Part shown: in pieces, positions 1 to 12,225 of the stretch
Numbering within the stretch: the stretch's first letter is position 1
Layout of the letters: the number at the start of each line of letters is the position of its first letter
Assembly (NCBI GenBank): GCA_950097015.1
Contig: CATNEN010000007.1
Span: 5,394,001 to 5,458,000, forward strand
Source of the DNA: Macrostomum hystrix
Lineage: Eukaryota; Animalia; Platyhelminthes
Length of the DNA: 64,000 bases
Reading direction: 5' to 3'
Made by a program: the position numbers and the translations under genes
Notes under the pieces: generated by a model
Databases searched by the model: none
Told to the model about the DNA's origin: nothing
Seen by the model: only the letters and a program-made list of their open reading frames with translations

Positions 1-1186
1 GAGGGAGGGGAGGTCCACGCACTGAAGCATCTGAGGGAGTGGAGGTCCATGCACTGAATCATCTGAGGGAGGGGAGGTCCATGCACTGAATCATCTGAGG
101 GAGGGGAGGTCCATGCACTGAATCATCTGAGGGAGGGGAGGTCCATGCACTGAATCATCTGAGGGATGGGAGGTCCATGCACTGAATCATCTGAGGGAGG
201 GGAGGTCCATGCACTGAATCATCTGAGGGATGGGAGGTCCATGCACTGAATCATCTGAGGGAGGGGAGGTCCATACACTGAAGCATCTGAGGGAGGGGAG
301 GTCCATGCACTGAATCATCTGAGGGAGGGGAGGTCCACGCACTGAAGCATCTGAGGGAGGGGAGGTCCACGCACTGAAGCATCTGAGGGAGGGGAGGTCC
401 ATGCACTGAATCATCTGAGGGAGGGGAGGTCCATGCACTGAATCATCTGAGGGAGGGGAGGTCCATGCACTGAATCATCTGAGGGATGGGAGGTCCATGC
501 ACTGAATCATCTGAGGGAGGGGAGGTCCATGCACTGAATCATCTGAGGGATGGGAGGTCCATGCACTGAATCATCTGAGGGAGGGGAGGTCCATACACTG
601 AAGCATCTGAGGGAGGGGAGGTCCATGCACTGAATCATCTGAGGGAGGGGAGGTCCATGCACTGAAGCATCTGAGGGAGGTTAGGTCCATGCACTGAATC
701 ATCTGAGGGAGGGGAGGTCCATGCACTGAATCATCTGAGGGAGGGTAGGTCCATGCACTGAAGCATCTGAGGGAGGGGAGGTCCATGCACTGAAGCATCT
801 GAGGGAGGGGAGGTCCACGCACTGAAGCATCTGAGAGAGGGGAGGTCCATGCACTGAAGCATCTGAGGGAGGGGAGGTCCACGCACTGAAGCATCTGAGG
901 GAGGGGAGGTCCATGCACTGAATCATCTGAGGGAGGGGAGGTCCATGCACTGAAGCATCTGAGGGAGGGGAGGTCCACGCACTGAAGCATCTGAGGGAGG
1001 GGAGGTCCATGCACTGAAGCATCTGAGGGAGGGGAGGTCCATGCACTGAAGCATCTAAGGGAAGGGAAGGTCCATGCACTGAATCATCTGAGGGAGGGTA
1101 GGTCCATGCACTGAAGCATCTGAGGGAGGGGAGGTCCATGCACTGAAGCATCTGAGGGAGGGGAGGTCCACGCACTGAATCATCTG
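1..1186. repeat. 32-bp minisatellite (GAGGGAGGGGAGGTCCATGCACTGAATCATCT), ~37 copies, calcineurin intron
   Basis: Direct tandem periodicity. Confidence 0.97.
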
Positions 1187-1293
1187 ATCAGGGTGATATC
1201 CAATGCCCACTGAAGTTTCACTAGCACAGGCATTTTAGTGGAGTGGTCTAATTTGAGCAATAAGCTCGGGAATGCAATGGCAGCTTTACTCAC

Positions 1294-3438
1294 ATTCCTG
1301 CTTGAACGTGAAGTACTCGGTCAAGTGCCGGCACTCGTGATTGCCGCGCAGCAGGAAAAATGTCCCAGTGTGTAAGATCTTCAGCGCCCACAGATACAGG
1401 ACGCACTGGAGAGGAGACGAGGGGAGGCAGGTCCATGAGGAACTGTACACCAAATGTCTGATGACAGACGCGATGCCATTTTTTAACTTGATTTTCTTGC
1501 TGAAGAATTTCCTCTACAGCACACCTGTTTATCCCAGATTCTTGGTGTCTTTGCTAGCAAACTTTTATACCTTTTAAAATATCTTAACTTTCATCTGTCC
1601 TCTGATTGCATCTTACCTCTGTCACTTGTTTTCATCCCCTCTCATTCGATCTCATCTCCCTCTCATTCGATCTCATCTACCCCTCATTCGATCTCATCTA
1701 CCCCTCATTCGATCTCATCTACCCCTCATTCGATCTCATCCTCCCTCATTCGATCTCATCTCCCTCTCATTCGATCTCCAATCTCACCTGGGGAGGATCC
1801 CAGATTGCGGGCCACTGTGGCCTGACACAGTGTGCTGAAAGACACTGGGTCCCATTGTGAGAGACAGTTTTAAAACTGAAAAGCATCGGCAAAGTGGATG
1901 TCTGCTCCAACACACTCCTCTGAAAGGTCCATCAGCGGATCGCATGCCAGCTCCCAGCATCCCAATCTTGCCAAAACCCAGATACCAGCCCCCATCATGC
2001 GTGCTTATGTTTCATCCCCACCCACCGAGAAAAAAAGCCGGCCGGGTGGGGGTATGCGCCACCCAATAGGCCATATAGCAGAGCTAATGCAGTTTCATAC
2101 AGCAAGCAGCTGTTTGCCTCTTATAGACACCCTCTCACTCCCAGCTCTCCAGCTGCAGCAGCAGCAGCAGGGATAGCAGTTGCCACTCCAGGCAATGCCA
2201 AAACTCGCTCTCACCCCGCCGCAAATTTCTATTTCTCTGCACCCCCTCTGCCCCGTCTCGCGAAGCACTGAATCCTCTAATCGTACCACAGAGAGAGAAG
2301 TGGGAAGAGTGGAGGGGAAGTAGAAGATAAGGGGCGGTTGAGGGGAACACAGGCGGAGCTGGCATTTCTAAGCCGCTCGCCTCAGTTCTCTCAGCAGCAC
2401 AAAAACTACCCTCGCCCTGCGTACACAAGCACACACACTCACACTCACACAGTCAGTGCTAGCATGTATTTCGCGCATCATTTCTGGCAGGTTTAATTCA
2501 TAACTGCGGGTCGCACTAGTGGAAGTTCCTGGTACACAATTGTCCATTGCAGTGCTTAATATATTTCTATCTGGCCTTATATTGGCGTCAGGGTTAAACA
2601 CACACTGATTCAGTGTTGGTACATTTGCACTTCCGCTTAAAATCTTAGCGACTGAAATAAAGCAACAGCACACACACAGGTTGCTGCAGTCTGTCACAAC
2701 GGCCACTCTGAACAAACACCCCCAATTCACAGTTGAAGCACAATGGAAAGCTTGATAATGCTGCTATTATAAGTCTTACCTCGCATTGTTACAATACCTA
2801 CCTGCCTACCCTAATGGCACTCATCTGCCTACCAGACACTACTGATCCTATCTGACGCCCCAATGAGCCTTACCTGACACCTTAATGAGCCTGCTTGATA
2901 TCCCGATTAGGCTACCTGACACCCCAACTAGCCTACCTGACACCCCAATTAGCCTACCTGACACCCCAATTAGCCTACCTGACACCCCAATTAGCCTACC
3001 TGACACCCCAATTAGCCTACCTGACACCCCAATTAGCTTACCTGACACCCCAATGAGCTTAACTGACATAAAAAGCCCTAATTTAACAATAGCAGCCAAA
3101 AGCAGAGCGAACCTCGATGCTGAAGTAGCCACGATCAACATAGTCGCCGAGAAACAGATACCGGGTGGTGGCAGGCGAGCCGCCAACCTCAAAGAGTTTC
3201 ATCAGGTCGAAGAACTGGCCGTGAATGTCGCCGCAGACGGTCACTGGCGCGTCGATCTCCAGCATGTTGCTCTCCTGGCGCAGCAGGGCGGCGCCCTCAC
3301 GGAGAAGCCGGAGCGCCGCCTCCTCTGTCAGCCGGCCCTCTAGGATGAAGTGCTCCTTCAGCTTGGCCGCGTTTGGTCGGCCCTTTGAATCGAACACCTC
3401 GTCCGACGTCAGCCGGTGCGGCGGAGGGAATGGCACAC
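1294..3438 (-). CDS. PPP3CA: Calcineurin A (PP2B catalytic subunit), partial: exons 3113-3438 and 1294-1405; first exon not located, gene continues past the window start
   Basis: Exon 3438-3113 encodes VPFPP...[20 protein letters not shown]...[16 protein letters not shown]. Exon 1405-1294 encodes [40 protein letters not shown] motifs GDIHG, GDYVDRG and RGNHE are present with calcineurin-specific flanks and AG/GT boundaries. Confidence 0.95.
1637..1790. repeat. 21-bp minisatellite (CCCTCATTCGATCTCATCTAC), ~7 copies
   Basis: Direct tandem periodicity. Confidence 0.9.
2848..3070. repeat. 21-bp minisatellite (CCTGACACCCCAATTAGCCTA), ~10 copies
   Basis: Direct tandem periodicity with degenerate edges. 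Confidence 0.92.
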
Positions 3439-3489
3439 CTGATTTTATGGCAAAAATGAGATGGAAAACGTGGTCATTCTGCTAGAATA

Positions 3490-4067
3490 GGATCTAGCAT
3501 ACCGATTGGGATCTGGGATAGAGAATGGAATCAAGGATGGAGAATGGGATCTAGCATACCGATTGGGATCTGGGATAGAGAATGGAATCAAGGATGGAGA
3601 ATGGGATCTAGCATACCGATTGGGATCTGGGATAGAGAATGGAATCAAGGATGGAGAATGGGATCTAGAATAGCGATTGGGATCTGGGATAGAGAATGGA
3701 ATCAAGGATGGAGAATGGGATCTAGCATGGAGAATGGGATCTAGCATGGAGAATGGGATCTAGCATGGAGAATGGGATCTAGCATGGAGAATGGGATCTA
3801 GCATGGAGAATGGGATCTAGCATGGAGAATGGGATCTAGCATGGAGAATGGGATCTAGCATGGAGAATGGGATCTAGCATGGAGAATGGGATCTAGCACG
3901 GAGAATGGGATCTAGCATGGAGAATGGGATCTAGCATGGAGAATGGGATCTAGCATGGAGAATGGGATCTAGCATGGAGAATGGGATCTAGCATGGAGAA
4001 TGGGATCTAGCATGGAGAATGGGATCTAGCATGGAGAATGGGATCTAGCATGGAGAATGGGATCTAG
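3490..4067. repeat. Compound array: 57-bp unit x~4, then 19-bp unit (GATCTAGCATGGAGAATGG) x~18
   Basis: Direct tandem periodicity. Confidence 0.95.
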
Positions 4068-6444
4068 TTTAAACATACAAGTTTTGTGCACAAAAAGGTT
4101 TCACTATCATCAAACGTCTATTTAAATAAAAACGCATCATCTATAAGTAAAAGTACAAGAAGGCATTCCAAAACATATTTTAATTAAAAAAATCTAAATT
4201 AGGTCATAAAAAGTAGAGGGAAAAGGCTTAATAAACGATCTAAAAATAAATCCTTGGATAGGTCGTTAGAAACGCATTCCCACTCACTCCATAATCATCC
4301 TTTTGATACGGAGACGGCTAACACACTAGCTAGGCCACTGTGGGAAATCGGATAAATTTATTGATTTGAATACAACACGCAGCCAGCCCAGGTGCTTCTA
4401 TTCATGAGTCATTGCAAGGTTTAAGCACTTTTCGTGTCAGATAGACCAGTTGTGCAACCAAGTAGGCACAGCCTTTGCTACAACACGGCGTGGCGTACAG
4501 CTTTTCAGTCCATGGACTGGGGCCCGCCACACGCTTCAAAATTTCTACCGCAGCTAATTTCTACCTGCTAAATTTCAAGTTTTAGCAGGATTTTAAACAC
4601 TTACAATATCTGATAGAACTGTAGTGCCATGCACTTTGACTTATAATTACAGACTTTAACTATAGATTTCTGCACTGCACACTTGAAGGGAAGCCGAAGG
4701 CTCGGCCATTTATTTAGTAAGAATAAATGTGGCTGAAGCTAACGGAATAATTATAAAAGTACATCCCGTTGCAAGCCTGTTCCGCATGCTGCAGCTGCCA
4801 AGCAGTCCGACCCCACCCCTCTTATCTCCCACTTATTAATGAGAAAATCAGCCACTCCGAAGCCTCTAAGAGTGGATGGGCCTGGCCTGCACTTGTACTA
4901 ATATCAACAATTGCGTGTCACGTGATGCGCCACAAAATTCCCTATTGATTCTCCCACCCAGCGCTCGCTGCCACTCAAGATGGGGGGAAATTGGCTCCAA
5001 CCCGAAATATCACCTAGCACTCAAAGCAATTCGCAATAAGGATTCCAGTAGTTGCTAGTCAACAAAAGGCCGAAAGCAAGTGAATGACTTTTTCTTTGTT
5101 GAAAATGCTACGCCAAATAGCTATCGAGGCGCAGAGTTGTTTACAAGGGATGAAGCTAGGAGGCTGAGTAGGTATGGGAGGATGGAGCGGGGTATCCATA
5201 TCGATTCCCCAGCCAGGGCTTGGCATTGTCAGACGCAGAAATGCAGCTGGCTTCTCAACCCACAATTTTTCTCTGGTTTCCACTCATTTTGCCTACAATT
5301 ACCTCGCTAAAGCAACCTCCGCTGCCTGTTCTGTGCTCGGCAAAACTCCCAAGCAATGCAAAAATGTTGGTGAAAAATCGCCGAGGCGGCTCGACACCTG
5401 CGTGTTTGGGGTGGGATCGCCATGGGAACAGTTTGACAATCAGCTGAGAGAAACTTCCAGGGAAAAATTCTATTTTATTGCTTTTAACCGCTGCCAGAAA
5501 ATTCGGCCAGCCAAAGCTACAAACACTAAACTGGAGCGCGCACTTCAACAGGCAAATGATGAATAATCATCATTTTTGGCTTCGAGTTTGGCTTCCGAGG
5601 TGCCGAAAGAGAGGGTAGAGAAAGAGAGAAAATAATGGACGGAGTGCAATGAGAATTTTCGGAGAAGGCGTAGGCGAGTAGGCTGAGTAGGCTGAGTAGG
5701 AGCACTTCGGCGACTGGACTCGGCATGTCCGATGAGAAATGAGAAATTGAGGCTGCACCCCAACGGGGCCGGACGGAGAGCCGGCGCTAAGGAGGGGAAA
5801 GAGCGAGAGAGAGAGAGCGAAAGAGGGAGAGAGAGGGCGGGTGGCCTAGAGTGAGAAAATGCAGGCGAAACCGGATTTTTTTCAGCAGAGGGGAGGAAAG
5901 AAGAAGAGCGACTCAAAGAACTGGGAAGGGATAAAGTGAGCGAGTGTTGCTGAACGGGTCTAACTGGAGGCTCCTATCCAATGCTCATATCTTCAAATGC
6001 TATGTTACTTAACAGGAATGGATAATCATCATCAGCAGCTAAAATGTCAGCACTGAACGCCCCACTAGGAATACTATTCCTCAAATTGCACCTTGATTTC
6101 AATCGAGGCAAAGCTAGGCGAGATCGATGGAAATGGGATCCAACAAGCAATTTGAGCTGTTGGCTTTTAATTTGCTGCTTGTATAAAAGAATTCAATCGA
6201 AAAATATAGTAAATGATGTTATCACTCCAGAAGTTATATATAATGCAATAGAATATGTAATAAAACAGCATCACAAAATATTCATGTCATGATTGCAATT
6301 TGATCAAATGCAGGCGAAGTGTGAGAAAGGTCTCTCATATTAGCCTCTCACACCAAGGTCTCTGAGCTCACATCTGTGATGAGGAAACATTCATTTAGGG
6401 CATAGCCACTAAGAGCATTTCGAGCTTTTCAAGCATTAGGGTGT

Positions 6445-6610
6445 CCTTGAGGGCAAATCTACAAGGCAAAGTGAGAGTGTATACTGCCTAACAATGAGAA
6501 AATCAGGGCACATAAATGTGTGTGCCTGTGTACAGTATCTGTGTGTATGTGCTTAGGAGTCAGTGGAATAGGCAGCATTGCCTCTGAATGGCTGTAGGCT
6601 TACTGTCACC
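6445..6610 (+). mobile_element. Dispersed SINE-like repeat, copy 1 (diverged)
   Basis: Homologous to 36425-36550; preceded by a GTGTCCTTGAG motif reminiscent of SINE central domains. Confidence 0.5.
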
Positions 6611-9600
6611 AAATAATGTGACAGCCTTCTTGCCAATATTTTTATATGATTTAAGTTTTGTAGTGAGTGTGTTTGCTCACAATTTTAAAGAATGTTAAAC
6701 AATTAAAAACATTTTCTATTGAATCCTTAAATATTTGGTCTCTACCAAATTTGCAATCTTTGCCAAATATGATTCTGTTTTTAATAGCTCTATGTTTCAA
6801 GAAATGTCATTTACTGAAACAAAAAAATAAATAAAACCTAAAAACTGAGGTCACTTCTTTTTAATGAGGTAAAATATCTATTTAAACAGCTGAAACAAAA
6901 GTCAGAATTCTTACACATTCTGCAAGTAGAAAAATGTCTTGGGAAACAAAAGTATAAATACATTCACATGTAAATATACTTAAAAAAAGCATTTGTATTG
7001 CATTCTAAAAAATAGCAAAGACAAATTAAAGTTTATTAGTTAAGCAATAAAGTTACTAATTAAATAGTAAAGACATAATTGCAAAAATATTGAAGGAACT
7101 GTTTTTCTGGCTTAAAAACTTGTAAATGAAAAAACTAGACATCTATATTCACAATTATTCACTTTTGTATTCTTAAACTTTGCAAAATACAAACAGTAAA
7201 TAACCTTCCAAAAAGAATTACTGAAAAACCTATAAAAATTTTAAATAGCTAATTGGATATGTATAAAAATTATTTGGAAAAGTAAAGAGACAATTTCTTT
7301 TTTACAAAAAGAATATATAATATGCATTAAGACAAAAACTTTAATCAAAAGATTTTACTGATTTGAAAAACTAACATATTTGTATCTAACCTTTAGTTGT
7401 CTAGTACTAACAATTTTTATTTATGTTGCAAAAAAGTTGCAATGTTTTTAGCGACAAATTCATTAATGTTCAGCACAATATTAAAGACACATTATTTGTC
7501 TATTATATTGGTTATCATAGATGGATACAATTGAACTAAAAATTACTTACTTTGTACTACTCTATCAGTTGTAGGTTGATCTTTCGTTTCAGTAGTCATT
7601 TTGGGAACAAAATCGAATAGAAAGCACAGTTTTGCGATTAACGCGATTTTATGTTTAATTGGAAGTAAAGAACAAAGAAAATAATTTATCTACCAAGTGA
7701 AATCTAGTTTTTAACTTTGAAATTTTACAATAGAGTTGAGACAACTTTTTAAGTAAATTTCAAGAAACTATATATATGCAATTGTGTATAATATGCTCAT
7801 GGTGGTTCTAAATATTACAAATAATGTATTAGACACCCTTTAAAACAAAAGACAACAACTACCATTTCTGCGAAAACATGTGAGCAAAAATAATTTTAAA
7901 TTATCGCGGTTGTGACATTATAACACACGTAAACATACTTGCTCATCTTTATGCTAAACAAGCAATAATGTAAATAATATAAAACAGAGCAAAAAGTTAT
8001 TCAATTATCAATTTACATTCTCACATCGTAATCGTAAAATATTATGGAACGAAACGCAGCAAAACCCGGATTTAATCACGTTAACATGTATGTTGACAAA
8101 CGTAATTTTAATAAAGGACGACTAGCAGCGGCCTATCCAACGGCGTATTAGCAGCGGCTTATTCCCCCTTGAATGCTTCAAGGGGAAATGGGGGGATACA
8201 ACCCGTAGGCGTTCGTTAATTTTTTTTCCTAAATTTTTTGAGTGAAAACTGCAGCATCAAAGTCAGGTTGCAGGGCCAAAGCCAAACTGAAACAAAAGTA
8301 TACCCCGAAATAAAATCCTGGTTTCGCGCCTCACGACTTGACTTACTTGACTTATCTGCAGGGCGGTCCGATGGACACAGCGGGGAGGCGGGGGGCGACT
8401 CCTAGTCGCCTGACGACTAGGAGTTCTCGTCTTTATGGTCCTTAAATTTAAACCACGAGAGGCTTCTTGTGCATACCCTGGACAAACAACAAGAATAGGC
8501 CTAATACATGTTCAGCGGCAATAAATTGCATCCCCTAATGGCCAGCCAATTACGAACCGCAGTACCAATTGTCTCCGACAGCTCCTTGATCGTACAAAGC
8601 AATTATTAATATAAAATACAATTAATATATAAATCCAGTTTACTGTATTATTATGGCTTCATGTCTTCTGTTGTAGCGTGCTGAGCATTATAGCCCTGAA
8701 TATAGTTGAAACTTAAGGATGTATCACACTCTACCAAACTCGAACCAATTCGACTTGACCAGTCGCTACTGTCCCCGGCAAAATTATATATTACAGGGCC
8801 AAATTTTAGCTGAAGCTGTGAGAATGTGAGTACGCCTTGTTTCAGTTCCCCGGGCTATTACCTATTATAGTGCAGAGCTGCGCTTAACGTAAGTATTGTA
8901 GATATCATCAAATATTATTAGATAAAATTGAATGTCTGCAAACAGTTAGCAATACTTAAACATCCGCTATTGAAGCACTCTCGGAGCTTTAACGTTCGGC
9001 ATGCAGCGCGATTACACAAGTGGGAACGTATACCAGCAAAAGAATAATATTTTACTAGAGCATGTAAATGGCTGAATCTTCTAAACCTTGTCAAGAGACC
9101 TTGAAGCTGGATCCAGGTGTCTGAGAGAAGTAGCTAATAGTTACTGAAACGGATCAATATAATTAAGATTATTTGCATGTTCGTGATTTTGCTCCTTTTT
9201 TAATTTGCCTTTATGTAGTAGTTGAATATTCCTACCGTATTTTTCTTTTTAAAATTTACGCGAAAAGTAAGAAATTTTATATTTGTTTAAATGCACCGAA
9301 TTGTTATAATGCACCGGGGAACCACCCCTCCACTCTAGTATATATACACACGTATTTCGGGAGGAGAAAACTCAACTTGCAGACGTCGTTCTCAAAGTTC
9401 TAAAAAGAGACAAAGTTTCCAAAACTTGTTAGTTCTTTATGAAGCTGGAAAGCTATAAATTTAGACGAGCAATTCGTATTGAATAGAGAAGCAAAAGAAG
9501 GGTTAATGGATCCGAATTAAGTGTTTAAAAGCCTGTAAAGGGTGTGATAAGGGAATTACCTGTAAAAGGAGTGCATTTGATAAATAAGCCTGTAAAGGGT

Positions 9601-10704
9601 GAGGAAAAGAAACAGTGATTTCCATAAGTGAGTGCGTGGGAACTGATACCCTCCGATCCATTGGAAGCCCTGTATTGGGACTGGAAATTTAATAAGACTG
9701 TGTGTTACTAGTATAACCAGTGCAGAATAAGTAATTCATACATGAGTTATTCATATTAATAAGATAGAAGGTGTCTTACCGCTCGGACACTCACATGCTA
9801 CCATAGAGTTAACAAATACTCTAATATAAGAATTATATGTGTTATATTGGTTGTAATAATTAGTATTATCAGTAGGATTTAAAATAATAATAAAAGAGAC
9901 CTACGACAACTTGGTAACAGCTGTAAAATATTAGTAAAATAGCCCTCCAACATTTATGAGGTGAAATATTTACTAAGGACGAGTCGAAACTTACTCGTGT
10001 ACATCTACAGAAGGCTAGGTTGAAAGTTCTCCTTTCACAACCTACTAGTCTTAAATGTGCCTGGACATTTCATAGCAAACAAATAGAAGTTACTACACAA
10101 AAAATATTTTTTGTGTAGAAAGTCAGGTACTGCACGGAACTATGCAGCAATATTTAATCTGATTATAATGTATTTAAACTTTATATTATAAGCTATTTTA
10201 TACTACATAACACAGATGCTGAACTGAATGAATTTGAAAATGAATAGCCATTTTATAGACACAGAGCTATAGCAATCTTGCACTCTTCTTATTAACGAGA
10301 TAGCGATTATTTAAAAAAGTAAAAAATTATTTTCCTAGAACCCAAATAAAAACTATTTTATAAAAAGAAAAATGTATATGCCAGAACTGTGCTTCTACCG
10401 TTGTGTGAGCTTGTGGTCGTATCAAACGGCATATTCAATTATACATTTTAAAGGCTAAATCACTTCACTTTGCCACTTTGCAAAGGCCTGGTTGTGCTTC
10501 TGTGGTGTAAAATGTTTATTCGTAGGCCTATCATACAAATTCCTGATCGGACAAAAATAGGCTACCTAGCTATGCAATGAAGGCAAATTTGTTCATATAG
10601 TTTTATTTATATATTTTCGCCATTCTTACTCATTCTTTACTCAGCGCAAATGTTTTTTTGTTAGCATAGTTTACTAAACAACCTAAATAACTGACATTTA
10701 AAAA

Positions 10705-12225
10705 ATGGCTTTCCATATTTATGGCAAAGATGATGCAACAAATGACTTTCAAAATGACAAGCCAAATGGTCAACAACACCAAACAAACAACAGGATCAGC
10801 AACCCTGACAGAGCTTGGATTATTGGAGCTTTTGAACAAGGAGAAGATTTTGTTGAATTGGCCAAACAAAGGGAGGTGCCAAACAAATTAAATTGGACCA
10901 AGAAATTCAAGCATCATTGAAGGTCAGGTCAAGACAAATCCAATCATTGCATTTAAGCAATTGAATGCCACCCTTAGGCTAAACTTTCCCACCTAAGCAC
11001 AAGTGAGCTGTTTGGAGTTGGAGTCGGAGCTATTTTTACCGGAAGTGCTTATTCCCACGGTCCCGTGCCGATAATTTTAATTTTATCCACACGGATCCGT
11101 GCCGATAATTTTCTGCTTATCCACACGGCAGCTTATATGAATGGTTTCCGCGCATTTCGGTGCCTGTGCTTTTCGGTGCCGAGCGTTTCGGTGCCCGGTC
11201 TTGCTTTTCGGTCCCCATCCAATTTTGCATTGTCAGTCAGTAAAGCGCTTTATTACTGATGATAAACAATACTTAAATACAAATTGTGGCTAATATGCCT
11301 GTCCTTGCGCGTTTATTATCCTTTGTTTTTTTCTACCGTTTGAAAGCTTACGTTTCTGAGAAACACTGCTAAAATGTAATTTGCTCCATTGCCTTTTGAA
11401 TGTACACAACGCAAAGTCGACAAATCGACAATCTGACATTAATGTTGGTTAATGAATGTGTAGGTCGAAATGTAGAACACAGTCGTAACACACTGGCAAC
11501 TTTGTCGATCTATTGGCTCGAGGGTTCAACAAAACGTTCAAACCCGAAAGGGCTTTGTTTCAAAAAAACAGAACCGTGTGGATAAAATTGAAATTAACGG
11601 CACGGCATATATAAAGAGTTGTAGACCTATTCATACAAGCTGCCGTGCGGATAAGCAGAAAATTATCGGCACGGATCCGTGTGGATAAAATTAAAATTAT
11701 CGGCACGGGACCATGGGAATAAGCTCTGCCATTTTTACCACTAAGTTAGCAAGGATCTTCCTATTGTATGAAATGCTCCAAAGGTTTTTGAAGCATGCAT
11801 TGAGTTCTACAACTGGCTTTGTTCAGCAGAGGTTGTTAGTAACCTCAAAATCTACTTTCATGAGTTTGGCTTTGACATGTGGCTTCAATGATCACAAGGA
11901 AAGGCTTGTTGTCGTGAGCATATTTACCAACAGGTTGGTTTGCAAAAGGGGTTGTGCATCACTGTTTGCGCAGCTGTCACCCCTTCAATTGGAGTAGTCC
12001 ACTTCCAGACCTACAACAGGGGCATGAGCAAAAGAAAGGTTTGGAGAGTTTTTGCACATCATCATTGGCAACTTTCAAACTGCATTTCCCAGACTGAATT
12101 GTAAATTGGTCATTGACACTTTCACCCCATAATTATGCCAAAGACTACAAGATTCTAGGCAATGTCAAAATCAAATGCCTGCTACCATATTGCCCTTTCC
12201 TCACGCCTGTAGAGAACTTGATGAA
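10705..12225 (+). pseudogene. Degenerate Tc1/IS630-superfamily DDE transposase relic, interrupted by a MITE
   Basis: Ordered fragments: HTH-like RISNPDRAWIIGAFEQGEDFVELAK; NPIIAFKQLNATLRLNFP; KIYFHEFGFDMW (cf. xIDESGFNLW); ITVCAAVTPSIGVVHFQ; LVIDT (cf. xVMDN); LLPYCPFLTPVEN (cf. LPPYSPxLNPIE). Contains stops and frameshifts. Confidence 0.75.
11041..11730. mobile_element. Non-autonomous Mutator-like (MULE) MITE, 690 bp
   Basis: ~100-bp near-perfect terminal inverted repeats (GGAAGTGCTTATTCCCACGGTCCCGTGCCG... vs reverse complement GGCAGAGCTTATTCCCATGGTCCCGTGCCG...) flanked by the exact 9-bp direct repeat ATTTTTACC (11032-11040, 11731-11739). Confidence 0.85.

Noticed and set aside
4280-5730. 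Calcineurin first exon candidates (donor-like sites near 4287, 4604, 5302; signal-peptide-like ORF 5526-5726)
   Set aside because: None gives an ATG-initiated, phase-1 exon resembling the conserved ERVVK N-terminus; left unassigned.
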